Below are positions 13,491-24,911 of a stretch of DNA of 64,000 nt, in pieces. The stretch spans positions 20,832,001 through 20,896,000 of the forward strand of contig OX597834.1 in NCBI GenBank assembly GCA_951406725.2. The letters are read 5' to 3'. A model generated the notes under the pieces. The model saw nothing but the letters and a program-made list of their open reading frames with translations, had not been told where the DNA came from and did not search any database. This DNA comes from Octopus vulgaris. Its lineage: Eukaryota. The stretch's first letter is position 1, and each line of letters starts with the position of its first letter. Made by a program: the position numbers and the translations under genes.

Positions 13491-13856
13491 CATCACTATC
13501 ATAATCATCATCATCATCATCATGGCTTGCATGGCTCAGATGGAATTCTCGCTGGCAAATTTTCTATGGCTTCATGCCATTATGCCCTTCTTGTTGCCAC
13601 CTTTCACCTGATTCCAAGAAACGTATCCAATTTGCCAAACAACATGTTGCCACAGAGGATTGGAAGCGAAGGACGCTGCTTAGGTGACGGTGACACTTAT
13701 TGCATGATGTTACAGCAATAGACACACACAACACACATGCATGAATAAATATTGTGTGTGTGTACATATACATGTTTGGGTTAAGCAGTTATACAAATGT
13801 ACATGAATAAAGCAGAACCTTCAATATGTGTATATGCATGTGTGTGTGTATGTATA

Positions 13857-13924
<68 letters not shown>

Positions 13925-14394
13925 TATATATATATGTATGTATCTATATATATATATATACACTCTCTGAAGTACCAAGATCTTTGGACATTAGGTTTTA
14001 GCCGTTTTGCCACACCCCCACCCCCACCACCGCCACCATTCTCAACAAAGAAAACGACCGCCTTCCCCCACCCCGACTTCCACTATTCTTTGTATTAAAT
14101 TATAACCAATTTTAATTTAGTTTGTACATTTAATGTTCAATAAATTTTGAACATTTGAGGAAATGAAATTAAATTTTTCTCTTCTGAAATTAGTCATTAA
14201 ATATTTGCGCTGAAAAATATTAAAAATCGCTTTTATTTCTCTTTTTTTTTTAAGTTTTTCTAAATTTATTTTATTGCTGTTGTTGTTTAGAGGAATTTTT
14301 TTTTCTTATTTCTATTAAATGCTTTCATTGCACAACTGAGCACATTTCTGTGTCATTGATATGGACAATATTTTGGTGCAATTTAGCAGGTTCT

Positions 14395-15455
14395 GGCAGT
14401 GAGCTGGTAAAATTGATCAATCGTAGGATAAAATGCTTTGTGGTATACCTTTTGGATCGTTATGTTTTGTGTTCAAATCCTGCTGAGGTTTAATTTTGCC
14501 ATTCCTCATTACAGGATTGATAAAATAAATACCAGTTTAGCACTGGGGTCAGTGTAATCGACTTAACCCCTCCCCCACCAGAATTGGGAGCCTCATGGCA
14601 AAATTGTAAACCCTTATTATTGTTAATTAGAACAAAGCGATGAGTTCGCAGAATCGTTAGCATGCTGAATGAAATGCTTAGCAGTATTTTGTAAGGCAGC
14701 GAGCTTGCAGAAACGTTAGCACGCAGGGTGAAATGCCTAGCTCTATTTCGTCTGGCGTTTCATTCCGAGTTCAAATTCCGACGAGGTCGACTTTACCTTT
14801 CATCCTTTCGGGGTCGATTAAATAAGTACCAGTTACGCACTGGGGTCGATATAATCGACTTAATCCGTTTGTCTGTCCTTGTTTGTCCTCTCTGTGTTTA
14901 GCCCCTTGTGGGTAGTAAAGAAATAGGTATTTTGCTCCTCACTCCAATTTGAGTTCAAATTCCACTGAGGTCAACTTTGCCTTTCCTCCTTTCGGGTTTG
15001 ATAAAATAAGTACCAGTTGAACACTGGGGTCAATGTAATTGACACATCTCCAACCCCACAAGCTGTCCTTGTGGTGGAAACTTGAAATAATTATTACTGA
15101 TTAGAACACCAAGCAAAATGCTTAGAGATATTTCATCTGTCTTTACATTCTGAGTTCACATTCTTCCAAGGTTGACTTTGCCTTTCATCCTTCAGGGATC
15201 GATAAAACAGGTACCAGTCAAGCACTGGGGTCGATGTAATCGACTTTCCCCCTCCCCCAAATTCCAGGCCTTGTGCCTATAGTAGAAAGGTTTATTAATT
15301 AGAACACCGGGCAAAATGCTTTGGGGCATTTCATCAGAGTTCAAATTCTGCCATGGTCAACTTTGCCTTTCATCCTTTCGGGGTCAATGAAAACCAGTTG
15401 AGCACTGGGGGGTCAATGTAATCAACAAGTCCCCTCCCACAAAATTTCAGGCCTT
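14395..15455 (+). mobile_element. Head-to-tail cluster of about five SINE B copies, including a nested young copy at 14693-14925
   Basis: Repeated gagttcaaattcc...gtc(g/a)actttgcctttcatcctttcggggtcgataaa-aagtaccagtt...cactggggtc(g/a)at modules. Confidence 0.9.
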
Positions 15456-15461
15456 ATCAGA

Positions 15462-15682
15462 AAGTACATTATTTACATTTGACAGATATTTGTCCTCATC
15501 TTGTTTGTTGTTAACACAATGTTTCAGCTGATATACTCTCCAGCCTTCATCAGGTGTCCTGGAGAAATTTCGAACTGGGTTTCTCATTTCTAAGGTACTT
15601 TTCAATGTTGTTGTTGTTATTATTATTATTATCATTATTATTATTATCATTATTATTATTATCATTATTATTATTATTATTA

Positions 15683-15713
<31 letters not shown>

Positions 15714-15850
15714 CATTATTATTATTCAGGTCACTGCCTGGAATCGAACTTGGAATGGTGGGGTTAGTATCCTGTGCTTTTAACCACTATGCCATATGCC
15801 CGTGGACAATTATGAATTTTAGGGCTTATAAATCTAATATTTTCCGATCC
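15462..15850 (-). mobile_element. Composite element: tRNA-like head, (AAT)n tract, hammerhead-bearing tail
   Basis: Box A TGGCATAGTGG (15784-15794), box B GTTCGATTCC (15740-15749), hammerhead at 15513-15558. Confidence 0.75.
15513..15558 (-). ncRNA. Minimal type I hammerhead ribozyme motif
   Basis: GACAC CUGAUGA A GGCUG gagaguauau CAGCU GAAAC AUU GUGUU; stem I GACAC/GUGUU, stem II GGCUG/CAGCU. Confidence 0.75.
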
Positions 15851-16433
15851 TTATTATTATTATTATTATCAATTCTGTTATAGAACAGGAAAATATATAA
15901 TTTGAAAAATTCAGTTTTGTAGATCATCTCTTTGGTAGAAATATTATATGAGATATTTTCAGAATCTCTGAATGGGCTTGTTGCCACAAAAGAGTCAGTC
16001 AACCAGAATAGTGACCGATTCTTTAATTAAGTCAGGAATTTTTATTTAGCTGTCAATGGTTTTTGTTTTTTTTCTCTTGTCTGGAAACATTTCAAACCAT
16101 ATTAATATTTAATACTTTGTTTATATACCTATCTGTGTGTGTGTGTGCACGCATACAAATATATATATATATATATATATTTGTATATATATAAATATGT
16201 ATACACACACACACATATACATATATGTGTGTGTATATATATATATAAATATACGTACACATGTTTGTGTATATATATACATACACACACACACATATAT
16301 ATACAATATATCTACACAAAAATGTGTGTGTGTATATATGAGTATTTATGTATGTATGTATGTATCTATCTATATTTATATATAAAACATATATATATAA
16401 ATATATACATGCATAAATTTGTGTGTGTATGTG

Positions 16434-16467
<34 letters not shown>

Positions 16468-16780
16468 TTTGTGTGTATATGTGCATATTTATACACACAA
16501 ACATACCCACATACACAAACATACACGTGCAAGTATACATCCAAGTATACAGTCAAATATTTTTCTGTATATACATACATGAATGTGTGTGCATGTGTGT
16601 TTGTATTAGTGATATCATTTCTTCAGAACATCTTTATTAAAAATACATTAAACGAATAAAAGGATACTTTATTAGTAACAAATGCAAAAGCACCAACCTA
16701 GACACCTCTTAGTAATTAACTCTGCCCTATGATGTTGTGTTCAGGTATCTCCATCAACACAGTCATTGCTCAACAAGTAA

Positions 16781-17303
16781 TTTTTTTTTTTTTTTTACCA
16801 TGGCCTAAATTCCCCATTTGAGGGGTTAGCCGCAACAAGACACACACCAGCTCAAAAAGGCAAGCCCCGTCCTATGCTTGGGTAAAGGCATAGAAAGCAA
16901 CCCCCGATATCAGCAGCTGGGCCCCACATTATATGCTGGTTTACCCCTGCCATATCATGTTGGTTCCCTACCCCTTTGAGCAACATCAAATTCACCCATC
17001 CATCCACCAACACTCTCCAAGCTTTCCTGTCATTTATAAACTCTCTTGCCTCTCTCACTCCAACACCTCTAACCACCAAGGCTTTCCTCACTCCATCCAT
17101 CCCCACAAACCGAGGTTTGCCTCTGGTTCTGCTGCTTACCACTTCTGCCTTCATCACCCTCCTTACCATCCACTTCTCATCCATCCTCTCCATGTGGCCA
17201 AAACACCTCAACATTCATATATCCATTCTGGTCCATAGATTTTCTCTCACTCCTACTCGCCTTCTCACCTCCTCATTCTTCATCCTGTCCATCCATGTCA
17301 CAC
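16781..17303 (-). mobile_element. 5'-truncated RTE-clade LINE with poly(A) tail and 10-bp TSD
   Basis: GVTWMDRMKNEEVRRRVGV...LRCFGHMERMDEKWMVRRVM...RGKPR...DRKAWR; T16 at 16781-16796; caacaagtaa at 16771-16780 and 17304-17313. Confidence 0.92.
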
Positions 17304-17329
17304 CAACAAGTAACAGCCAAAATTTTCAT

Positions 17330-17635
17330 CCATTCTTCCATTTTTATACCCACTATTCTTGGAAGGCTTATGTTGGATAAAGTTCTCAGGTACCGTTTCT
17401 GTTGGGTCCTATCTGAAGCAACCACCGTTAGATTTTCTGACTGGATTCCGAAGCATAACCACTTGAGAGTATGGACATAATCCAATCAGTTCATATCTTG
17501 TTCTGCCTCTGGATCTCCTGTTAACTGGCTTGGCTTGGAGAATCTTGTAGGTGATTCATCTCTGTGACATCTCAACATGGAGAAGCAGTGGCTGAACCAG
17601 AAGAAATTCCAAGATACCTGGGTCTCTGAGCAATG
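17330..17635 (-). pseudogene. Decayed RTE (Rex3/Expander-like) RT C-terminal fragment
   Basis: LVQPLLLHVEMSQ...KILQAKPVNRRSRGRTR.../LDYVHTLKWLCFGIQSENLTVVASDR, with frameshifts. Confidence 0.7.
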
Positions 17636-17636
17636 T

Positions 17637-18000
17637 ATCCATTCATCTTTTCCACCCAGTATTCTTGTCAGGGACCCGGATGGGTAGAGTCCCCAGACAT
17701 TGTCTCCATAGGCTCCTATCAAGAGCAAGCATCATTGCATTTCTCAGCTGATTTCCAAAACCTGACCAACTGAGGTTATGCATATTAATCCATCCATCTC
17801 ATTGTTGGTCCTCCACTGGATTACCTGTCGGTTGCCTTGGCTTGAAGAATCTATCTTACGATTCTTTCCTGTGACATCTCAATGTAGAAAAGCAGTGGTG
17901 GCTCAGCCTGGAGAGACTTCTTTGTTCTCTGAGGTATGCTTTCAGTCAAGTAACGTAACTTCAGGGATTCTTCGAAGGAACCCAATTTCAGCCAAGATTT
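17637..18000 (-). pseudogene. Second tandem decayed RTE (Rex3-like) fragment
   Basis: AEIGFLRRIPEVTLLD*...SLQAEPPLLFYIEMSQERIVR*ILQAK...MRWMD...DRSLWRQCL. Confidence 0.7.
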
Positions 18001-18640
18001 CTTCATGATCATCATTGTTTTACCTGTTTATGTTTGCATGGGTTAAGTAGAAATTGTTGAGGTACATATCCTACAGCTGGGTGCCCTTCCTGTCACCAAC
18101 CTTCACCTGTAATATTTCCCCGTAACCAGACATGATTTCACTGAAGATTGGAAGCAAAGGACACCACCTGCAAGATGATGGCACTCATCTACAACTAACA
18201 TATAATATCAAAGCAAGAAGGCAGAAACACGTACACACACATACACATACACAATGGGCTTCTTTCAGTTTCCATCTACCAAATTCACTCACAGGGCTTT
18301 AGTCATACTGGGGTTATAGTAGAAAACATTTTTCCACGGTGCCTTGCAGTGAGACTGAACCCAGAATCACCTGGTTGGCAAACTTCTTACCTGACAGCCA
18401 TACCAGCACCATTTAAAATCGAGCACACAGAAAGCTCTCCTACTTCACCGTTATTTACCTTAGATGAACTAATTTACTCATTAACCATGAATTATCTCCT
18501 AGCTTCAAGATTTCAACGATTTGACTGCTTATTCTTAAACTGACATTGTAGGCTAGGTGTGAGAGACCAGATCTAGCCAAGATGAAGATTCAGGGTGGTA
18601 ATGGTACAAGTTGATTATTTTCCAGGATAGCTACAGTTTA

Positions 18641-18862
18641 TCCTTTCAGCTTTCAGATTATTCGGTCAAATGTGATGCTTATTTTTTCACATTGTTTCGA
18701 AGTAATCAGACATTCTCTCAGAGCTTCAAGATTTCAATGATGTGATTGTATATTAGAATGACATTGTAAGGTAGGTGTGAGAGGCCAGATCTGGCCAGTT
18801 TGAACATACAACAGGCAGAATATTTGGGCCTGATACGGCCAGTTGAAATGCTAAAGTGTTAA
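18641..18862. mobile_element. piggyBac-like MITE (decayed), with a partial second copy at about 18470-18580
   Basis: Ends tta-tcctttcagc ... gctaaagtg-ttaa resemble TTAA plus CCCTTT TIRs; internal tgacattgta-g-taggtgtgagag-ccagatct occurs twice. Confidence 0.55.
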
Positions 18863-19071
18863 AGTAATGTCTAAAAGCTGGAGATTCCGAAAAAGGCATT
18901 ATGGAGACACATGAAAATTTCCCTTTGGAATTGCAAATGTTCTCTCTGTGTCTTGAATTAGTATTTAACATGTGTTTATTGACTGATTTAATCCTCAGAG
19001 AGTTGACTAAACTGTGTTAATCCCATTCGTACACTCGGAGACTTTTATGCCTTAAATTCATTTCTATACAC

Positions 19072-19428
19072 ATGAACGTGGCTGTTGCCAGCACCGCCCC
19101 GACTGACCTCCGTGCCAGTGGCACGTAAAAAGCACCATCCAATTGTGGCCATTGCCAGCCTCATCTGGCTCCCTTGCCTGTGGCATGTAAAAAGCACCAT
19201 CCGATTGTGGCCGTTGCCAGCCCCGTCTTGCACCTGTGCAGGTGGCACGTAAAAAGCACCCACTACACTCACGGAGTGGTTGGCGTTAGGAAGGGCATCC
19301 AGCTGTAGAAACACTGCCAGATCAGACTTGAACCTGGTGCAGCCTACTGGCTTCTCAGACCCTAGTTGAACTGTCCAACCCATGCTAGCATGGAAAACGG
19401 ACGTTAAACTATGATGATGATGATGATG
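19072..19428 (+). mobile_element. Family C RTE-type 3' end with 3-4 tandem units
   Basis: gtggca(c/t)gtaaaaagcacc x3; ends catggaaaacggacgttaaact(atg)n. Confidence 0.85.
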
Positions 19429-19627
19429 GTTTATGCTCTCAGATCTGGTATTATGTCCACTGACTCGCTAAATCAATTTTATGGAGTAATAACAACCAAA
19501 ATGTTATCGATGACAAGAAAATACTTAAGACAACTAATCCTTAATGCTATAACAACAAGGTTAATTATAATAAAAATAAACATAGGTGTAGGAGTGGCTG
19601 TGTGGTAAGTAGCTTGCTTATGAATAT

Positions 19628-19834
19628 CCTTCAACCTCCACCACTGATGAGAAGATTCAGCAAGCTCAAGAGATGGTAATGGTGAACCAATTCACTGCTC
19701 TTTGTTCTTCTTTGGTGCACATTGCAAGTGGAGCAACCATGCTTACACTGTAAAACCAGAAAGTAAAATGCAGTGTGACAATAATAAAGAATTGTTTTAG
19801 TGAAAGTGTGGATAATTTTTGACTTGCCCTCGTA
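19628..19834 (-). mobile_element. Rearranged mariner transposon remnant
   Basis: Minus strand: TA-CGAGGGCAAGTCAAAAATTATCC terminus, then MVAPLAMCTKEEQRAVNWF; plus strand 19628-19690: PSTSTTDEKIQQAQEMVMVN, a mariner transposase linker motif. Confidence 0.8.
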
Positions 19835-19972
19835 TATATATAAACAGCATATACATGCACACTTATATACATACATATGTGTAAGCATATATTTATTTAT
19901 ACACACATATTTACATATTACTCTAGTATGACCACAGCTGCAAAAAAAGAAGAGAGAATGGAAAAAAGACAG

Positions 19973-20092
19973 AGAGCATAGGCTCGAAACATAAAATACT
20001 TTTCCATTCTTCCCAAGCGTTAAACTAATACACCTGCTTGTTGTTGTTCCTTCACCTATCTTCATCTTTTGCTTTCTATAAATTTGAACTAT
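19973..20092 (+). mobile_element. Family D fragment (3' half of the hammerhead and downstream sequence)
   Basis: agagcataggctcgaaacataaaatac...cacctatcttcatctttt, then (TA)n. Confidence 0.7.
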
Positions 20093-20120
20093 ATATATAT
20101 ATATAATTCAAATTTGCATA

Positions 20121-20151
<31 letters not shown>

Positions 20152-20851
20152 GTATATATACACACACACATTATATATGTATATACATTATATATTGGTG
20201 TTAAGAAGGGCATCCAGCAGTAGAAAACCATTCCAAATCAGACTGGAGTCTGGTGCAGCTCCCCAGCTTGCTAGGTTTTGGGCACACCCTCCAATCCATG
20301 CCAGCATGGACAACGGACGTTAATGTCTGATGATGATGATAACGACCGTACATGTACACGCATATTTTAATTGAGCAATACGGACAAACAAGTCATTAAC
20401 CTTCCCGTAGCCATTACACACATTACTTAACAATGGATTTCCATGTCTCCGAATCAAATAAGATTATAATAAAACCTTGGAAGACGGTCATTAAACTTGT
20501 TTATTTATAAGTTCGATTGTGGAAAGAGAGCAAAGGAGAGTTCAAAGGTGTTTGGACAATGTTCAAGGTATTATTCCAGATAAACAAGAATTTAATGGAT
20601 CTCTCTCTCAGTGGTGCAGCTGTGTGGTTATAAATGTTGGTTTTGGCGCCATGGGGTTGGTTGTGGGTTCAATCCCACTCACTGACATGTTGGAGTTGCC
20701 TGGTTGTTTTTCAGTTATGTATTTATTTATCACCCGACAAGATACATCTGCACCACCAGATGCTCCCAAACCAGTTGTGGAGTGTCCAGTTGTTGTGGAA
20801 TCGATGATAGATGTGTCAAAACAATTGTCGTGGTTAATGATAAATTCTCAT

Positions 20852-20952
20852 ATAGATAGATAGATAGATAGATAGAAATGTAGGTAGGTAGGTAGGTAGG
20901 TAGGTAGGTAGGTAGATAGATAGATAGATAGATAGAAATGTAGGTAGGTAGG

Positions 20953-20987
<35 letters not shown>

Positions 20988-21008
20988 GTAGGTAGGTAGG
21001 TAGGTAGG

Positions 21009-21060
<52 letters not shown>

Positions 21061-21290
21061 AAGGTAGGTAGGTAGGTAGGTAGATAGACAGACAGACAGG
21101 TAGGCAGGCAGGCAGACAGACAGACAGACAAACAGGCAAGTAGGCAGGCAGGCAGGTAGATAGACAGGTAGGCACTCAGGCAGGTAGATAGAGAGGCAGA
21201 TAGTCAGACAGACAGATAGACAAGGAGATAGATAGATAGACAGACAGACAGGCAGACAGACAGATAGACAAACAGACAGATAAATAGATG
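20852..21290. repeat. (TAGA)/(TAGG)/(CAGA)/(CAGG) tetranucleotide tract
   Basis: Direct inspection. Confidence 0.95.
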
Positions 21291-22002
21291 GGCTTCTTTC
21301 AGTAGCTATCTACCAAATCCCCTCACAAGGCTTTGGCAGGCCCAAGGCTATGTTAGAAGACTCTTGCCACACAGTGGGATTGAACCCAAAGCCATATCGT
21401 TGGGCAGTGAACTTCTGAACCACTCTGCTATACTGATAACCTAACTATATGATTATAAAATTTTTGAAGAGCAGTCTGGGATTTCAAATTAATCAGATAT
21501 AAAATTTCAATCTTGAGTCCTCAAGCTATCTTTATATCAGTGATGGTATGAAAGAGTCTTTGTGTGGCCAACGTCTCGGACAGTTCTTCAAGAATAGCCT
21601 ATGGAAATGTGGTTTACTTACCAAACACCACATATTTTATGATTCTCAGCCTGATCGTTTCTTGTTTAATGTTAATCTGAATTAACCATGCGAGAAGATT
21701 ATACAGCAGCTTGTCTGATTGATTTATGAATAAAGATTTTGAATAATTTAACAGCAACATATATGTGTGTATGTGTGTGTATAAAGTGTAAAGGTGATCA
21801 AGAAAATATTAATCACCAACAAAATAAAGATGAGGGTGGAAGGTGGCATTGAAATTATTTTTCTGAGGCCATAATAATAGAGGCCACAAATTAAAGCCTG
21901 ATACATTGTCTTTGGTGGTATTTGATATGAAGGAACTTCTTCAAAGCAGCTCGAGTTGCTAGAGACAGCAGCCAAAATCTCATCATTCCTCCAAATCATA
22001 TC

Positions 22003-22199
22003 TTTTATAGTCATAGGTTCATGACCATGCTGGAGCACCACCTTTAGTCGAGCAAATATCGTCCCCAGGACTTCTTCCTTGTTAGCCTAGTGCTTATTCT
22101 CTTTTGCCGAACTGCTAAGTTATGGGGACGTAAACACACCAGCATCGGTTGTCAGGCGATGTTGGGGAGACAAACCCAGACACACAAACACACACACAC

Positions 22200-22210
<11 letters not shown>
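22003..22210 (-). mobile_element. SINE A 3' half
   Basis: ccatgctggagcaccacctttagtcgagcaaat...ggggacgtaaacacaccagcatcggttgtc. Confidence 0.85.
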
Positions 22211-22250
<40 letters not shown>

Positions 22251-22253
<3 letters not shown>

Positions 22254-22408
22254 AGAGTTTACGAAAGAAACAAAAGATGAAGACACGTGGTGTACAAAAC
22301 AGATGTATTAGTATAACGCTCAGGAATAGAAAAAGTATTTTACGTTTCGAGCCTACGCTCTTCTACAGGAAGGGACACAGAGAAAACAAGGAGCGAAAAA
22401 AATGTGTG
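22251..22408 (-). mobile_element. Family D element with hammerhead motif (core CUGUAGA, 22336-22373)
   Basis: Minus strand: ccttc CTGTAGA A GAGC gtag GCTC GAAAC GTA aaata; flanked by (TA)n. Confidence 0.8.
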
Positions 22409-22458
22409 TATATATATGTCCTTCTTTTAGGTTTTATCTTGACTGTTTATGCATGTTT

Positions 22459-22544
22459 AAAATTTTGCCTGAGGATGGTGGATTTATGCTACAATGTAAT
22501 CTATGAATACATTAAATGCTACAGAAACAGCTGTAGTAAATTTT
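22459..22544 (+). ncRNA. Type I hammerhead ribozyme motif with long stem II and palindromic stem III
   Basis: AAAAUUUUGC CUGAGGA [48 nt] GAAAC AGCU GUA GUAAAUUUU; 9-bp stem I with one bulge; ACAGCUGU palindrome. Confidence 0.75.
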
Positions 22545-22869
22545 GAACCTCACTTGTGTTCTTCTTTCACAGAGAGAGGGAGAGAGAGAGAGAGAGAGAT
22601 AGGTAGGCAGGTAGGTAGGTAGAGAGGTAGGCAGGCAGGCAGACAGGCAGGTAGATAGACAGAGAGACATTAATTAGCTAGAGAGAGAGAGAGAGAGAAA
22701 GAAAGAAGTGTAGGTAGGTAGGTAGGTAGGTAGGTAAGTAGGTAGGTAGGCAGGCAGGCAGACAGACAGGCAGATAGATAGATAGACAGACAAACAGACA
22801 TTCAGATAGATAGATAGATAGATATATATATCTATATATATAGATAGAGATAGAGATAGATAGATAGAT

Positions 22870-22912
<43 letters not shown>

Positions 22913-22939
22913 TATAGATAGAGATAGATAAATAGATGG

Positions 22940-22972
<33 letters not shown>

Positions 22973-23267
22973 GATATAGATAGATAGATAGATAGATAAG
23001 CAGATACACACACTCACACACACACACATACACATGCATAGTCTTTGGCAGAAAATACTTTTCAATGTCTTACGTATTTCTTTCCAATGATTGTAATATG
23101 TGATTTGAGGGTGAATTTGTTGTTATTTGTAGCAAGCTGGGTGTCCACATAAAGTGTCCCTCGTTAACCAGATCTCCATGGAGATCATGATGATGACAAT
23201 GATTACATTCACAGTTGTTCAATCTGCATTGTAATCTCGCTTGATATGAACAGGTAAACAGCAGGTA

Positions 23268-23313
<46 letters not shown>

Positions 23314-23708
23314 TTTTGTCTCACCCTGGATGCTTTGATCCTTGGAACGGATGGACCGACAACAGCGCAAGGAAGGAAAGGAGGAGAGGAAGTACAGGAA
23401 CAAACACATTTTGCAACCATCTGGACAGATTGGGTGCTTAGTAACAGCAGCAACAAGGTGAACAAAATCATGTAATTGTTGACAGACCTGCTGGGCCTTA
23501 ATGCATGCGTGTGTGTGCGTGTGTGTGTGTGTAAATATATTTGTATGTATCGATTAGTTATGGGATTCATTAGAACCTTGAAACATCAACATGTATGACA
23601 CTGGAACCGACTAGGTACCATAACCCTAAGGTAAAAACTGGCATTAGGAGTCATTTGGTGGCAACATACTGCAGGTAAATATATATACATATATAAATAC
23701 ATATATGA

Positions 23709-23763
<55 letters not shown>

Positions 23764-23764
23764 T

Positions 23765-24042
23765 GCCAGCCCCGCCTTGGCGGGCTTCCGTGCTGGTGGC
23801 ACATTAAAAGTACCAACTGATCGTGGCTGATGCCAGTCTCCCCTGGCACCTGTGCCGGTGGCACGTAAAAAGCACCCACTACACTCGCAGAGTGGTTGGC
23901 GTTAGGAAGAGCATCCAGCTGTAGAAACACTGCCAGATAAGACTAGAGCCTGGTGCAGCCCCTGGCTTCCCAGACCCCGGTCGAACCGTCCAACCCGTGC
24001 TAGCATGGAAAACGGACGTTAAACGATGATGATGATGATGAT
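23765..24042 (+). mobile_element. Family C RTE-type 3' end
   Basis: Same body and (GAT)n tail as 19072-19428. Confidence 0.85.
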
Positions 24043-24098
24043 GTATATATATAATATATATATGAATTAGAAAAAACCCACTATTATGCAATTTAAAC

Positions 24099-24149
<51 letters not shown>

Positions 24150-24168
24150 GTATATATATATATGTATG

Positions 24169-24202
<34 letters not shown>

Positions 24203-24233
24203 TAAATGCATATATATGTATACATAAATATAC

Positions 24234-24287
<54 letters not shown>

Positions 24288-24519
24288 GCACACACATACA
24301 TAACTCATTTTCACTTCAATGTATATAATAAGAAAAAAGGTACATTGATTATTTGAAGCTTTGAAGTCTAACGAGTTGTGCGGGATGTTAGGTGAGGATG
24401 TCCAATTTCCTGTTGCTATTGTTCTGTAATATTTTAACGAGAGTTACTTTAATTGTTGTTAATTAATGCTTGACAATTAGTAACATAACATTAAACCTGG
24501 GAACAGATTTTCTTTTTAT

Positions 24520-24830
24520 CATCTGTCTTTTACTTGTTTCTGTCATTGGACGGTGGTGGCCATGCTGGGATACCGCCTTGAAAGGTTCAGTCAAACAGAT
24601 CACTCCACCACCACCACTGCTAGTACTGCTCGTGTTATGGGGATGTAAATAAACCAACACCAGTTGTCAAACAGTAGGTGGGTGGGTGGGTAGGATGTCA
24701 AACATAGATATCTTTTATCGTTTACTTCATTGAGTCATTTGGTCATGCCGTGGCCATGCTGGGGCACTGCTTAGAACAGGTTTAGTCAAACAGATCACCC
24801 CTACCATCACCCCAGTACTTATTCATTTTT
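24520..24830 (-). mobile_element. Two partial, diverged SINE A 3' ends
   Basis: ttttacttgtttc...tggccatgctggg... occurs twice. Confidence 0.65.
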
Positions 24831-24839
24831 ACAGTATTT

Positions 24840-24880
24840 TAATAGTGGTGTTGGTGATAGTAATGGTGGTGATAGTAGTT

Positions 24881-24911
<31 letters not shown>

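Noticed and set aside
15727-15801. tRNA gene; likewise the tRNA-like heads at 56982, 49975 and 2930-3004
   Set aside because: Boxes A and B are present, but acceptor and anticodon stems do not close properly and each continues into a repeat body, so these are SINE-type heads
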